From Eledone cirrhosa (Eukaryota), in assembly GCA_964016885.1 (NCBI GenBank), contig OZ024746.1, forward strand, positions 69,502,001 through 69,566,000: 64,000 nucleotides of DNA. Reading direction: 5' to 3'. Below the pieces are notes generated by a model. That model was not told where the DNA came from, did not search any database, and saw only the letters and a list, made by a program, of their open reading frames with translations. Within the stretch, counting starts at the first letter, position 1. The number at the start of each line of letters is the position of its first letter. Shown piece by piece: positions 1-11,944 of the stretch. The position numbers and the translations under genes are program-made.

Positions 1-468
1 TATTATGTTTCTCTTAATTTCGAGTACATTTTTGACTGGTTACCTTCCTGGCGGCAAGGTTGTAAAAGAAAAGAAATTGTCATCCCTTGAATCTCAAGAA
101 TGTTTTGCAAATTTTGAAGGTGGCAGCTATTGCAGATATTTGTAGTCTATGAATTAGGGAGCTGCGCTCTTTGTCCACAAATCCAAGTTCAGTTATACTT
201 TGGTCCAAGCGGGTTGGTAGCTTCAATAATAAACTTGTAGCTCCAATAATGATGGGTATGAAGCTGAAGGTGCATCTTGGATCTGCAAACTCCTCATCAA
301 TGGTCCGTAGATGTCCTCCTTCTCTAGTATTTTTCTTACCACGCTGACACCAAATGGGCAGCTGATCTCTACAACAGAGCAGGTTTTCAATGTGTGGTCC
401 CAAACAACAATATCAGGCCTGTTGTGATTTAATTTGGTGGCAGTTTATATTTTCAGGTTCCACTAGTA
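1..468 (-). mobile_element. 3' fragment of an R4/Dong-like (RLE-type) non-LTR retrotransposon
   Basis: Closely similar to 56525-56985; minus-strand translation ends FSFIPIIIGAT...FKICKTFLRFKG like the RLE C-terminus of the larger copy; frameshifted. Confidence 0.85.
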
Positions 469-478
469 AATCCACTGC

Positions 479-600
<122 letters not shown>

Positions 601-784
601 GGCGGTGAATTGGCAGTATTGGTAGAAAGGTCGGCCATGCTTTCCAGCGTAGTTACGTCCTTTTACGATCTGAGTTCAAATCCCGCCGAGGTTAACTTTG
701 CCTTTCATCCTTACGGGGTCGATAAAATAAAGTACCAGTAATATACTGGTTAATTGCTGGCCTTGTGCCAAAAGTGGAAACAAT
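601..784 (+). mobile_element. tRNA-derived SINE with Nin/Deu-like core
   Basis: A-box-like TGGCAGTATTGG, B-box GAGTTCAAATC, core GCCTTTCATCCTTACGGGGTCGATAAAATAAAGTACCAG repeated many times in the window. Confidence 0.85.
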
Positions 785-1065
785 ATATATATATATATGT
801 ATATATATGTATATATATATATATGTATACACATACACACACACATATATATATCTTTATATATAATATAGTTAATACAAAGCGTAGTGAGATTTTTGAA
901 TAACAACCGATAATTTTCCAAAAGCTTGTTCAATGCAATAGAAAAACACGAAGTGGAAACGATGACAAATAAAACAATGAAAGTAACGTTTTGCCCTGTG
1001 TATTCCAGGACTAATACTCTCTTTTCAAATGTGGAGCTGAAACAGTCCAAAACAAAACGAACGAT

Positions 1066-1640
1066 AGATGCTGTCCGTAGTTAAGTCGATGGCCGGAGGA
1101 GGAGATGAGAACAGAAGTGGAATTTCAGAGAAAATGACTACCCTACTTCTCGCATCAAACACCGAAATGCCAAGGCAGCAACACTTAAAAGAACAATGAG
1201 GACACGTGCCCTAGAGGTAACATATGCTATCTAAAGCTGCCACACTTCAATGAGAAGACGCCAGCTGCATCAGAAAAGCCACCCGTAGTGAGGGACTGAA
1301 TATATATAGCTGACGCACACGGGACATTTATTAAGGAGACCGCTCCACAGACACCAACCCACATACATCGATATGTGCACACTTCCTAATTGTCCCATCA
1401 ACAACGCAGAAGTGTGCATGTGGTTTATAAGATCACATATAAAGTATAGCTCTTCGTACATCGGAAGTACTGTCCGGATGCTGAACATACGGATAAATGA
1501 GTACATGACGACGTGAGTTTCAGTTAAAAAACATCTTGACAGATGCCGCAACAGAAAGGCAACAGAAAGGAATGAAAGCAGCTTGAGAATCAAAGAGGCC
1601 ATATCATTAACTGGGAAAAACAAAACAAAACAACACAAAT
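1066..1640 (+). pseudogene. Degenerate Penelope-like GIY-YIG endonuclease fragment
   Basis: Broken frames give CTLPNCPINN..VC, VVYKIT and SYIGSTVRMLNIRINEY..KHL..LRIKEAI; 20/21-bp inverted repeat at about 1045-1065 and 1738-1758. Confidence 0.7.
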
Positions 1641-2349
1641 ATAATAAATTGGAAATGCACGAGACAAACTAGTTATTATAACGACTTAACGCATGCGTAT
1701 TACAGACACGTAGGCCAGTTAAGGAAGCTCACGGCGTTCGTTCGTTTTGTTTTGCACTAAGAATTATTGTTGTTAGATTTGCAGTAAGAATTTTATCTTT
1801 CAAGTATTTTTGTTGTAATATCTTAGAATACAAACAACAATGGTACTTTATAGTCTAGTTGGTCGTCTGCTTCTACTACGAGTCACGGTGGTCTAGTTGT
1901 TATCAAATTTATTTATTTTCCGTTTTGGTGTCACATCTGTTATAGAGATTGACATGGATTGATGTTAGAATCTCAGCACTGTTCTATGTGTAGGCCATAC
2001 AGTCAGGTATTTCAATTTTCATTAAATTTCTTAGGAGCAGGTGCTGTAGGCCCCTAAATTTTCTCTAGGCAAGGGCTCTTACTTGCTTTAATTTGACGCT
2101 GTCTTTAGGTGACACATATGTTTTAGAGGTTGGCTTGGATCGATGTTGTTATCTCAGTATTCTGCTATGTGTAGGAGCTTACATTTATGTACTTTTAATT
2201 TTCATTTAAGTTTCTTAGGAAAAGGTTATGGCGCTCTAAATATTTTCTAGACCAGAGCCTCTAGTTGTTTTAATCCAGCCCCATGTGCTCCGCGATTATT
2301 CATTTAAATCTTCACCTTAAAACACAATGATCTATCTAATAATCTAAAA

Positions 2350-2632
2350 TCTGTCTTAAGCCAGAAGGTTCGTTAGGCCAATGCTTATCCCGGTTTCATG
2401 CATGGCATGAAGCGAATTTGACTACAAGACGCCCCCCCCCCCCCGGACAGGACGCCAGTCCTTCGCAGAGCTAAGGCCCCAGCTATTGTTGGTACTTATT
2501 TTCCGCTGAGTATACTGGAAAAACGTGAAATGAAGTGTTTTGCTCAAGAACACAACACGCAACCCAGCCCAGGAATCGAACCCACAATATTATGATCGCA
2601 AGTCCAACACCCTTACCACTAGGCAACGCTCC
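2350..2632 (-). mobile_element. tRNA-derived SINE with Meta/V-like core
   Basis: Minus strand: GGTTCGATTCC B-box, GTGTTCTTGAGCAAAACACTT core, CTGCGAAGGACTGGCGTCCTGTCCGGGG V-like block. Shorter relatives at 4310-4400, 4730-4830, 34265-34480, 37350-37520 (+) and 39260-39468. Confidence 0.7.
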
Positions 2633-3074
2633 TCTATCAATGATCTATAACACATATAAATTTGTATCTTAAAACACAATAGTCTATCATAGATAAAAAT
2701 CATCCTTATCATATTACACAATACATATAAATCGTCTTCATCTTATAACAAAATGCTCCATGTAAAATGCTTTAGAGAAACGTTTTGTATTGGGGAGAAA
2801 AAAATGAAATACGTCTTCGTTTAAATTCCAGCTATGAAATAATTAACGAAATCGTTTTGTTTAATTTCTGGTCATTATATCCAAGCACTGGTAACTGTTG
2901 AAATTACTCATTAGAAAAAGAAGTAGAACAAACTGACTCAAACTTACAGCAAATAGATAAATAAATAAATCCGTCAGCAATTGAGCACAATACACTGTCA
3001 TATGTGTTTTGTGTGAGCCTATATATATATATATATATATACACATATATAAATAGAGAGAGATTGTGTGTGTA

Positions 3075-3124
<50 letters not shown>

Positions 3125-3334
3125 AGAGTGAGAGAAAGAGAGAGAGGAGAGAGAGTTTGTGTATGTATAATCTATTTTGAGTTTCTAACTCAATGTATGA
3201 TATAATATATATATATATATATAATGTTTGTATTATATATATATAAAATGTGAGTGTGTATAGTATATATATATATGTATATATAATAAGTTACAACAGT
3301 GACAAAGCTCGTCCTACGGGCTGAGTGTTCTTAT

Positions 3335-3870
3335 CAATTACCATCAACCTATCCCTCTCTTTATATCTACCATACAACACTCTCTCTCATCCCCTCTCAC
3401 TCTATTCATCACTAATAAACTCTCCTCCTCTCTATACTTAGCATACAACACTTTTTCCAGTCCCCCTCTCTATATCAATTAACTACCCCCGCCCCCCCCT
3501 CTGTATATCTACCATACAACACTCTCTCTCATACCCTCTCAATCTATCCATCACTACCAAACCCGCACCCTCTCTGTATCTACTACATGATACTCTCTTC
3601 CATTGCCCCTCTCTATATCAATTAGCACCAAACTTCCCCATCTCTATATCTACTATACGGAACTCTCTTCCATCCCCCTCTCTACATCAATTAACGCCAA
3701 ACTATCCCCCTCTGTATATCTACTACACGGAACTCTCTTCAAATTCCTCTCTCTATATCAACAAACATCAATCTCTCCCACTCTCTATATCTAATATACA
3801 ACACACTCTCCCAACCTTCCTCTTTATATCAATTACCACCAAACTCCCCCCTCTCTATATCTATATCTAT
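3335..3870. repeat. Degenerate ~60-bp C/T/A-rich minisatellite
   Basis: Recurring TATATCTAC(C/T)ATACAACACTCTC...CCCCTCTC units. Confidence 0.75.
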
Positions 3871-4095
3871 CTCTCATAGCTGTCTCGACATAACATGCAT
3901 ATATATTATAGCGCATATACAAATAGATGTGTTTTGGTAGTTTGGGGAGAAAAATATAATTATTGAGGGGTGGGAGTAACGTTAAATAAAATGCCTTACT
4001 CAAAACCAGTGCACCGTTAGGATTCGAAATCACCATCATACTGTTGTGAACCGAATACTCTAATACAATGTCTTCTCTCTAGATAAATTATATAA

Positions 4096-4230
4096 TTGTT
4101 TCTACTTTAGGCACAAGGCCAGCAATTACTCAGTTCATTACTGGTACTTTATTTTATCGACCCCGTAAGGATGAAAGGCAAAGTCAACCTCGGCGGGATT
4201 TGAACTCAGATTGTAAAGGGACGTAACTAT
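4096..4230 (-). mobile_element. Nin/Deu-core SINE, partial
   Basis: Reverse complement of the 601-784 core. Confidence 0.8.
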
Positions 4231-4402
4231 GGTATATAATGAAATACTATGTATAGCATACACCTACGTAGGTTATACTGGCCTCATATGAGGTTGTATG
4301 AAAAACCACGTAAAATGAAATATCTTGCTTAAGAACACAAAGTACTGACTGGCCAGAATCGAACTCATGACCATTTGACCACTAGGCCACGTGACTTCAT
4401 TG

Positions 4403-4590
4403 TGGATTGGCAGTATTGGTAGAGAGTTGGACGCCATGCTTTGGAACATAGAGTTACGGCTCTTTGTGGTCTGAGTTCAAATCCCGCTGAGGTTAACTTT
4501 GCCTTTCATCCTTACGGGGTCGATGAAATAAAGTACCACTAATGCACTGGGATAATTGCTAGCCTTCTGCCAAAAAGTTGAAACAATTAT
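4403..4590 (+). mobile_element. Nin/Deu-core SINE
   Basis: Same A box, B box and core as 601-784. Confidence 0.85.
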
Positions 4591-5493
4591 TAGCTAAATA
4601 AAAAAATAAATACATTTACTGCTCACAGCCATGTAAGTTAGTTAAGCTGGCTTCCTACGCGTTTGTATTTCATAGGAGGTTTCTCAGGTGTTTTAATGAC
4701 AGGTGCTCCAGTTCTATAATGATAAACAATGAAATGAAGTGTCTTGCTCAAGAACACGGCACATTGGCCTTTTCAGGAACCGAACCCATAACCTTAGATC
4801 ACGATGCCTATACCCTAACCATGCGCCTCCACTAGAAATAAATAAATGAAGAAAGAAAGAATATCCGAACGTTGGAGTAAAGATGACGATAAGAAAATGG
4901 GTTGTTGGGATTTCTGTGATAAAAATACTGAGAAATGTGAGCAGTGTGTCCTCAACTTGACATTGGCCGAAATAAACATAACAATTCACCTAGAAAATAA
5001 ACAAGCAACTTATCATTAGCTCCCACAGTAATTCACTGCGGCGTACAACTACTCGTTTATCTGAAATTTTAACCAAGTTAATGTTCACCTGGAAGCCGGT
5101 GCTTATGTTTATTTCTCCGAATCTTAGCTGGTGAATTGAAGGTGATAATATCATGGAGGGAAAATTAAAGTCAGTGGCAAGGTGGTAGCAGCACTTTTAT
5201 CCAGCAATCAACGACAGAGATTGTTACATTATTTGACTAATTCTCATTGTTCATGAGAAAATCGGTGGTACATTGCAGCAGTTGTCCTCAACTTTCTGAA
5301 GGACACCTGTAATTACAGCTTTTCAGATGTCGAGGAGAAAATATATACTTCGACACATCACCCACCTCACAACTTGTAACAACCGTCCTGTTTATCCAAG
5401 TTGCAAGCGTGAAACTACTAGGTGTGTAGTATTGTATAGCATTGACGGTACTTTATGTGCACAGTACACAGTCATATATGTTTTGTGTGTGCC

Positions 5494-5535
5494 TATATAT
5501 ATATTCACACACACACCACATATATATATATACAT

Positions 5536-5609
<74 letters not shown>

Positions 5610-5684
5610 TCACATATGATATAGATATATGTATGTGTGTAATATGTGTATAAAATATGTGCATGTATACATATGTGTGTGCAC

Positions 5685-5733
<49 letters not shown>

Positions 5734-5818
5734 GTATATGTATATATATATGTATATGTGTATATATATATGTATATGTGTATATATATATGTATATGTA
5801 TATATATATATGTATGTG

Positions 5819-5851
<33 letters not shown>

Positions 5852-5862
5852 GTATATATATA
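5494..5862. repeat. Compound (TA)n/(CA)n/(TATG) microsatellite
   Basis: Direct reading. Confidence 0.95.
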
Positions 5863-6072
5863 GTATTAGTTAGTATTAGTTATACTATTTATGGTTATGT
5901 AAACACAAAACCTTAAGCAGTTGTAAGTATTTTACACACACCCTAAATAGTGGTAGGCAGTAATGTATTACTACCTTATTACCAGTAAGTTAAGTAGCTC
6001 AATGTAAAAACATCAGATGATTTACAGAGCAGTTATATGAAATATAAGAATCAAAGAACTGTTCAAAACATT

Positions 6073-6125
6073 ATTGTGCTTACAGCTGTTTCCTCCAAAC
6101 CGAGGTTTGGATTCTTCGGAGCAAT
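6073..6125 (-). ncRNA. Minimal type I hammerhead ribozyme (CCGAAGA core)
   Basis: AUUGCU-CCGAAGA-A UCCAAAC CUCG GUUUGGA G-GAAA-C AGCU G-UA-AGCACAAU. Confidence 0.75.
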
Positions 6126-7566
6126 TTATTAATGCATGGACAGTTATATGACCTCCTTTTCAGCCGAGAGACATACCAATACATATTCAAACATTGATAC
6201 ATATTCAAACATTGTGGGTCAACATTCATTACAGAATTTAGAGTGGCAGTACACACTTCGAGATTACATTTATATTAATAGGTACAATCAAAAATCAAAG
6301 ATATAGGTTAAAGTACAACATGAAGATAAGTGGTTATATAGTGCAAATGTTATATGTGTGGCACGCATGTGCGTCTTGTTTATATAGTGTGGCAGAGAGA
6401 TATGTGTGGTAGAGGCACTTAGGTAGGTAAATAAGAGTGTTAGGTTGGTAGATCTGGTGGCAAAGTCTTTATATGATTGATGTAGTCTGTGTGTGGAGAA
6501 ATATTATAAGCATTAAAGATAGTGCAAGCATTAAAAGTGTTATAAGTATTGGAGATGCACAGCGCAGGGATGTCAAGTAATTCATGTACTTCGGCATTTT
6601 CATGGTCAAGGGAGTGTATATTTCGATTATATGCCTTTCACATAATCCACGACAATCCAGTTAGAGATCGTAGTCTGGTGTTCTTTAGTTCGATACAGGA
6701 GGTTGTTACGTTTCGAGAAACGCCATTGAATACCGGAAGTGTGTGTGTGGCTAAGGGGAGTTAATGCATGCGGGGAGGTAACTCTGGGGTTTCCATATCT
6801 AGCCATTAAAATGTGTCCCAATATAGACCCTAAATTCTATGGTGAGGTGCACCTTCCAAGAGAGACTTTTAAAGCATAAAGTGTACTAACTATAGAGTAG
6901 TTTAACTAAATTATGCTGAAGGTGATCATATTATTATTAAGGTGGATTAACCCATCATAAGGTGCTACAAATGGAAATTATAGATGATGAGCGAGGATTC
7001 TAAATTAATGATCTCTGTGGTTGTAGTCTGCTCATATGGCCAGGCGCGGTGATTGCAGGATTGCTTCAGGACCCAATGATCTCTGGTAAGATCTGGGTCA
7101 TCACTTGCTACATTGGATGTCGAAAGATAATCGTCCCCAGGCAGGCCAAAGGTCAATCCGCAGTCCTCGCGACCCCTCTCTGACCGTCAGATCATCCATA
7201 TACGTACAACCCGCACGGCAGTTGCATTGCATTCACTCACTGCGCTCCGCAGCCCGGTCCTACTGGTCAACAGCGCTACTCGATTAAATCATTTTACATC
7301 TGTCTAAGGAAGGTGTTTCCTCTGCCCAACACCATCCAACCGATCAATTCATGCTCAAATTACCCTTAGAGCGGTGTAGTGCCGTCCAAGTGGGTGGATG
7401 TTGTCACACCTGCCGTAGAGGTATAAATGGGTATTTTCCCTGCGAAGGGTTCCAGAGGGATGTCGTTGTTTGTGTTATAATGGATCAGCTAGTGTTGGGT
7501 ATGTAGTATAGGGTGTGTCTCTGGTGTTTGATGCTAGATGTGGTGTTAGGTTCCAGTCCGACATTG

Positions 7567-9030
7567 CTATATATAGGGCTTAAAGTTTTGGAAGGAATGT
7601 CTGAGGCGGTGCTGGCAAGTTGCAAACACCTCAGATTTTTTGTTAAGTAGGTTACGGTTGGAGAAGATAATATTGTGTGTCTCTAGTATACAGAGGTTAC
7701 AGAATTTATTAGGTGGTTTGTACGAGGTCGCGCTGCCTATCACTTCCCATTTGAGTGTGTATGGTTTATTTTTAGATTTTAGATAGTGTATGTAGCTAGA
7801 AAGTGAGGTGGAGTTGGCTAGGCTGTGCTTTTTGAACGAGTGGATGTGCGAGTTATATCTGATTTTGAAGCAGTTAGAAGTGGAGCCTACATAGGTTTCT
7901 GAAGAGTTATTAGTCGTGACTGTGCATGAGTATATGACATCCTTGGTTAGGCATTTTTTATCTAAAGGGCAGGTTCTATTAGCTCTACAGTTACAATTAT
8001 TCTGTGCGTTAGTCCGCTGGTTATAATGCAATGCGGAAGTCTGTGTGGTGGATATAGGATTTTGGGTGTTCGGGTTGACAACCCTGGTGTTATTACTTAT
8101 ACTAGTGTTATTTCTATTGTTACTGCCGTTGCTATTGTTGCTTGCTACAGTGGTATTTAGAGGGTTTGCATCCCGTTGTGATTTTGTTTGTTGGAAGTAA
8201 GAACTAATTTTACTATTATTGCTGCTAGCTATGTGGTATGCTAAGTTAGGCGTCGTAGAGTAAGAGATTTTAATGGTGTTTTTGTTTAAGAGGTTGTGGT
8301 ACTTGTGTCCTAGAGGGAAGTTTTTATCTAGTAGTGAGAAGAAAGCCCTAGGTATGTTGGTGGAGACATTTAGGTTGAAAGGAGGGTTGAAAAATGTATT
8401 ATTTCTTCTTCTATTTTTGCTTTTAGTGTTTGGTGTGTTGCTTCCTCCTAAGGCCTCACAGTAGTTTCCATGGTAATGGTTACTTCCGGTGGCACCCTCC
8501 GCTTTGGTGCACTTGTGGTTGCTATTCCTATTATTAGATTTCCTCATGGACATGTTGTGCGAGATGATGTTGTAGCTATGTGTTTTCTTAGGTAGGAACT
8601 CAATTTCTATATTATGGCCGGAGCTAGCTAATGCTTGATTGTAATATTGTGAGTTTTTGCTAAATATGTTTGCGTCATAGGACAGACTAGAGATTCTATT
8701 GGACACCCCCTTAGAGATAGAGTTTAATATTGATCTAGGGTGATTAGACTTGGTATCTACGTAAATAAGTTTCTCATTAGGCTTATGGAAAGGTGTATAT
8801 ATTTTTGAGTCTAGGTATAGTGTGGCGTCTAGGAAGTTAACATTTTTAGTGTTTTTGTCCATGGTGATACTAAGGTTAAAGTTTTTGAATGTCTTATGCA
8901 GTTGTTTTCTAGTTCTTTCTATATTAAATTTTTTATATTCTATGAGTAGAAGTGCATCATCGCGGTACAAAACACCGTTGAGGTAAGGGAGGTCTTTATG
9001 GATTTCATTGAGGAGGTATAGGCCGACCAA
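7567..9030 (-). CDS. Penelope-like RT (motif C onward) + GIY-YIG endonuclease, 5'-truncated but uninterrupted
   Basis: LYRDD, FLD, SNHP, FNPPF, CNCR..CPL..CL, VIY..YVGST..R, CNLC..E..LLNKKSE..CQH. Confidence 0.9.
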   Translation of the reverse strand: MVGLYLLNEIHKDLPYLNGVLYRDDALLLIEYKKFNIERTRKQLHKTFKNFNLSITMDKNTKNVNFLDATLYLDSKIYTPFHKPNEKLIYVDTKSNHPRSILNSISKGVSNRISSLSYDANIFSKNSQYYNQALASSGHNIEIEFLPKKTHSYNIISHNMSMRKSNNRNSNHKCTKAEGATGSNHYHGNYCEALGGSNTPNTKSKNRRRNNTFFNPPFNLNVSTNIPRAFFSLLDKNFPLGHKYHNLLNKNTIKISYSTTPNLAYHIASSNNSKISSYFQQTKSQRDANPLNTTVASNNSNGSNNRNNTSISNNTRVVNPNTQNPISTTQTSALHYNQRTNAQNNCNCRANRTCPLDKKCLTKDVIYSCTVTTNNSSETYVGSTSNCFKIRYNSHIHSFKKHSLANSTSLSSYIHYLKSKNKPYTLKWEVIGSATSYKPPNKFCNLCILETHNIIFSNRNLLNKKSEVFATCQHRLRHSFQNFKPYI

Positions 9031-9466
9031 ATCTTATAACCAATACTTATAACACTTTTAATGCTTGCACTATCTTTAATGCTTATAATATTTCTCCACA
9101 CACAGACTACATCAATCATATAAAGACTTTGCCACCAGATCTACCAACCTAACACTCTTATTTACCTACCTAAGTGCCTCTACCACACATATCTCTCTGC
9201 CACACTATATAAACAAGACGCACATGCGTGCCACACATATAACATTTGCACTATATAACCACTTATCTTCATGTTGTACTTTAACCTATATCTTTGATTT
9301 TTGATTGTACCTATTAATATAAATGTAATCTCGAAGTGTGTACTGCCACTCTAAATTCTGTAATGAATGTTGACCCACAATGTTTGAATATGTATCAATG
9401 TTTGAATATGTATTGGTATGTCTCTCGGCTGAAAAGGAGGTCATATAACTGTCCATGCATTAATAA

Positions 9467-9519
9467 ATTGCTCCGAAGAATCCAAACCTCGGTTTGGAGG
9501 AAACAGCTGTAAGCACAAT
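9467..9519 (+). ncRNA. Minimal type I hammerhead ribozyme (inverted-repeat copy)
   Basis: Identical reverse complement of 6073-6125. Confidence 0.75.
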
Positions 9520-9646
9520 AATGTTTTGAACAGTTCTTTGATTCTTATATTTCATATATATATATATATGTATATATATATATGTATATGTATATATGCA
9601 TACACATACAGACGCATATATACATGTATGCATATACATACTGACG

Positions 9647-9708
<62 letters not shown>

Positions 9709-9924
9709 TGAGTATAATATGTATATATATATGTGTGAATATTTATGTGTGTGTATATGATGTGGTTTTATGAAACCAGTACAATGCATTGTAGTTTGAT
9801 GAGTACATATAACTATAAATCAACTGATGAGTGTATAGTTTCTTTATTTTGTACATAACGACCATAGCTGGCTCACTATTTCATCCTGCCTACTAGTGTC
9901 TTTATTGTAAACACCGAAACATTG

Positions 9925-10500
9925 GAGAAATACTTACTGAGTACTTAGTTCCTTCCATAGAGTCGTCCCTGTACATTAGACAGATGTATGTCACCAATCA
10001 TCTCTGTTCTGTGTTCGATCACTTGATTTTTTTTACCATGTGATACCAAGTTGCTGAGCTGTTGACCTTACTTACCTAGCTAGTACTTAGTTCCTTCCCT
10101 ACAGTAGTCTCTGTAAATCAGACAGATGTATGTCACTAATCATTCCTCTTCTGTGATCAGTTCTCTGTTTCTTCACGTACGATACCAAGGTGCTGAGCTG
10201 TTGACCTTACTTACCTAGCTAGTACTTAGTTCCTTCCCTACTGTAGTCTCTGTAAATTAGACAGAAACAGGATGAAATCATCTCTTTTCTGCGTTCCGTT
10301 TCCTGTCCCTCCCCATGTGATATTAAGGTGATTTAAATTTTCTTTGAAAGTATCACGACATGTCTTCTTTGGTTTTCCCCTTTACCTTCTTCCCTCTGGT
10401 GGTAACCACACCATAGAAGTTCTAGTTATTTTCTATCTCCCCTCTGGTGGCAACCACATCATACCAGTTCTAGTTATGGTAACTACATCATAGCAGTTCT
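9925..10500 (-). mobile_element. RTE LINE 3' end with its last ~140 bp tandemly triplicated
   Basis: Minus translation MVWLPPEGRR*RGKPKKTCRDTFKENL at about 10320-10415; three ~140-bp units containing AGTACTTAGTTCCTTCC. Confidence 0.65.
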
Positions 10501-11944
10501 AGCTATTTTTATATTTAAAACTATGTATATTTAAAAGGAGTGCTTGTCTCGAATTTGATCACGGATCTTCGAGACATCTAGAATTTCAGCATGGTATCTT
10601 GGGCGTTTACCATATCTTCGGTTGGTCCAAACCCTGTGAAACTGGATAGAGGGAAACTGTTTGTAAGCCTGTCAGATGAACTATATCCGTATTTTAAATG
10701 TTCAACCATGTCATTCACAGTGTCACATTGAATTTCAGAAAATTCCGTTAATCATTCACATGCTTGTGAAATGCGCAGCCACTTACACTGCAACAGAAGA
10801 TGGACTGTACCAGTAATTCAAACATCCAGCCTTGTCAAACACTGTGTCAATCTCTGAAAATTGCATTAAGGGTATACACTCACACCAGGCCTTCTAACCC
10901 CTAAAACCCCAAACGGGAAGAAATGAGGCAAAATGAGGAGATTTTACATAATGAAAGCGATACCCATTTTCACAAGAGAAGACATCTCTCACCCACCCAA
11001 AAGCTATTGCAAATCTCCCCGTCGGACGGACGGAGAGAGTTGACAGGTCTGCTCACAATGTTATACAAGATAGATTGAACCTGTAATTGAAATGTCCGAC
11101 CATATCACATACTGTGTCATTGATTCTGTGTGAAGATTACATTAAGGCTACACATGTCTGCGGAATACTCAGCCACTCTAATACAATATGGAATGTAATT
11201 CTAAGGCCTAGCCATGTCAAACTGTTTCGTCTAAGGGATTGTGTTATGGGTACACGTGCCTTTGGAATGCTCAACCACTTGCACGACAATTGTCGGTTTC
11301 GACAACGAATGTTCGAAACCGACGGAGGTCTATTTCATATTAAATACAATAAAATATATATTGAGACTACAAGAAATGCACATTGCTTTCAATAAATCAA
11401 CTGTCCATGTAACAACCGTAATATTCACTTGACATAACACAAGAAGCCACCCAGTCTATCCCTAACTTCAACTGCAATAACTCACCCGTCCGTGTAACTA
11501 CTGTAATATAGGAAGTCCCAACTCTCTCTACCTCTAAATTTAATTAGAAATAGTCGATAGTTTGTAGATTTTTTTTTATAATCAGATCTCTAATAATATA
11601 ACCAATGACAATTTAACGAATAAGTGGTTTATACTTTTGAATATATACGTAGTTTACTTCCTGTTATAATTTTAGATGTATCAGTTTTCCCTTATTTGAA
11701 ACTGGGTGTGTTAGTAAATAAATGCTTTATGGTTTGAAATGAAATATTCACTATTTCAAATATAATTTATATTCTAAGAAACAGATTACACAAAAACTTT
11801 CACCCCTTGTCAAAATACAGAGTTTTCAGTTTTCTAAGTTTTCATTTGATGCTTTGATTTTTCTAACTTTCACTTTTTAACGCCGTAAACAGAAAGTTGA
11901 CTCAATTTCGCAGTATATGGGTGGAGAGACAAGTTGGTTGTTGT

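Larger units (their letters stand above)
6034..9558 (-). mobile_element. 5'-truncated Penelope-like element (Naiad-like) with 519-bp inverted terminal repeat
   Basis: RT-GIY-YIG ORF 9030-7567, 1.5-kb 3' region; 6034-6552 is the reverse complement of 9040-9558; a hammerhead in each repeat; right end abuts (TA)n. Confidence 0.92.

Noticed and set aside
4860-5400. Coding-looking stretch, possible exon or transposase relic
   Set aside because: Multiple stops and no motif I can recognise.
7567-9030. Selenocysteine recoding, reported for some Naiad-clade elements
   Set aside because: No in-frame TGA in this ORF; the internal stop in the second element is TAA.
9823-9920. CTGATGA motifs here, at about 35692-35698 (minus) and at about 46239
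   Set aside because: No helix II followed by GAAA and NUH; the 35.7-kb one runs into (TA)n and could at most be a truncated remnant.
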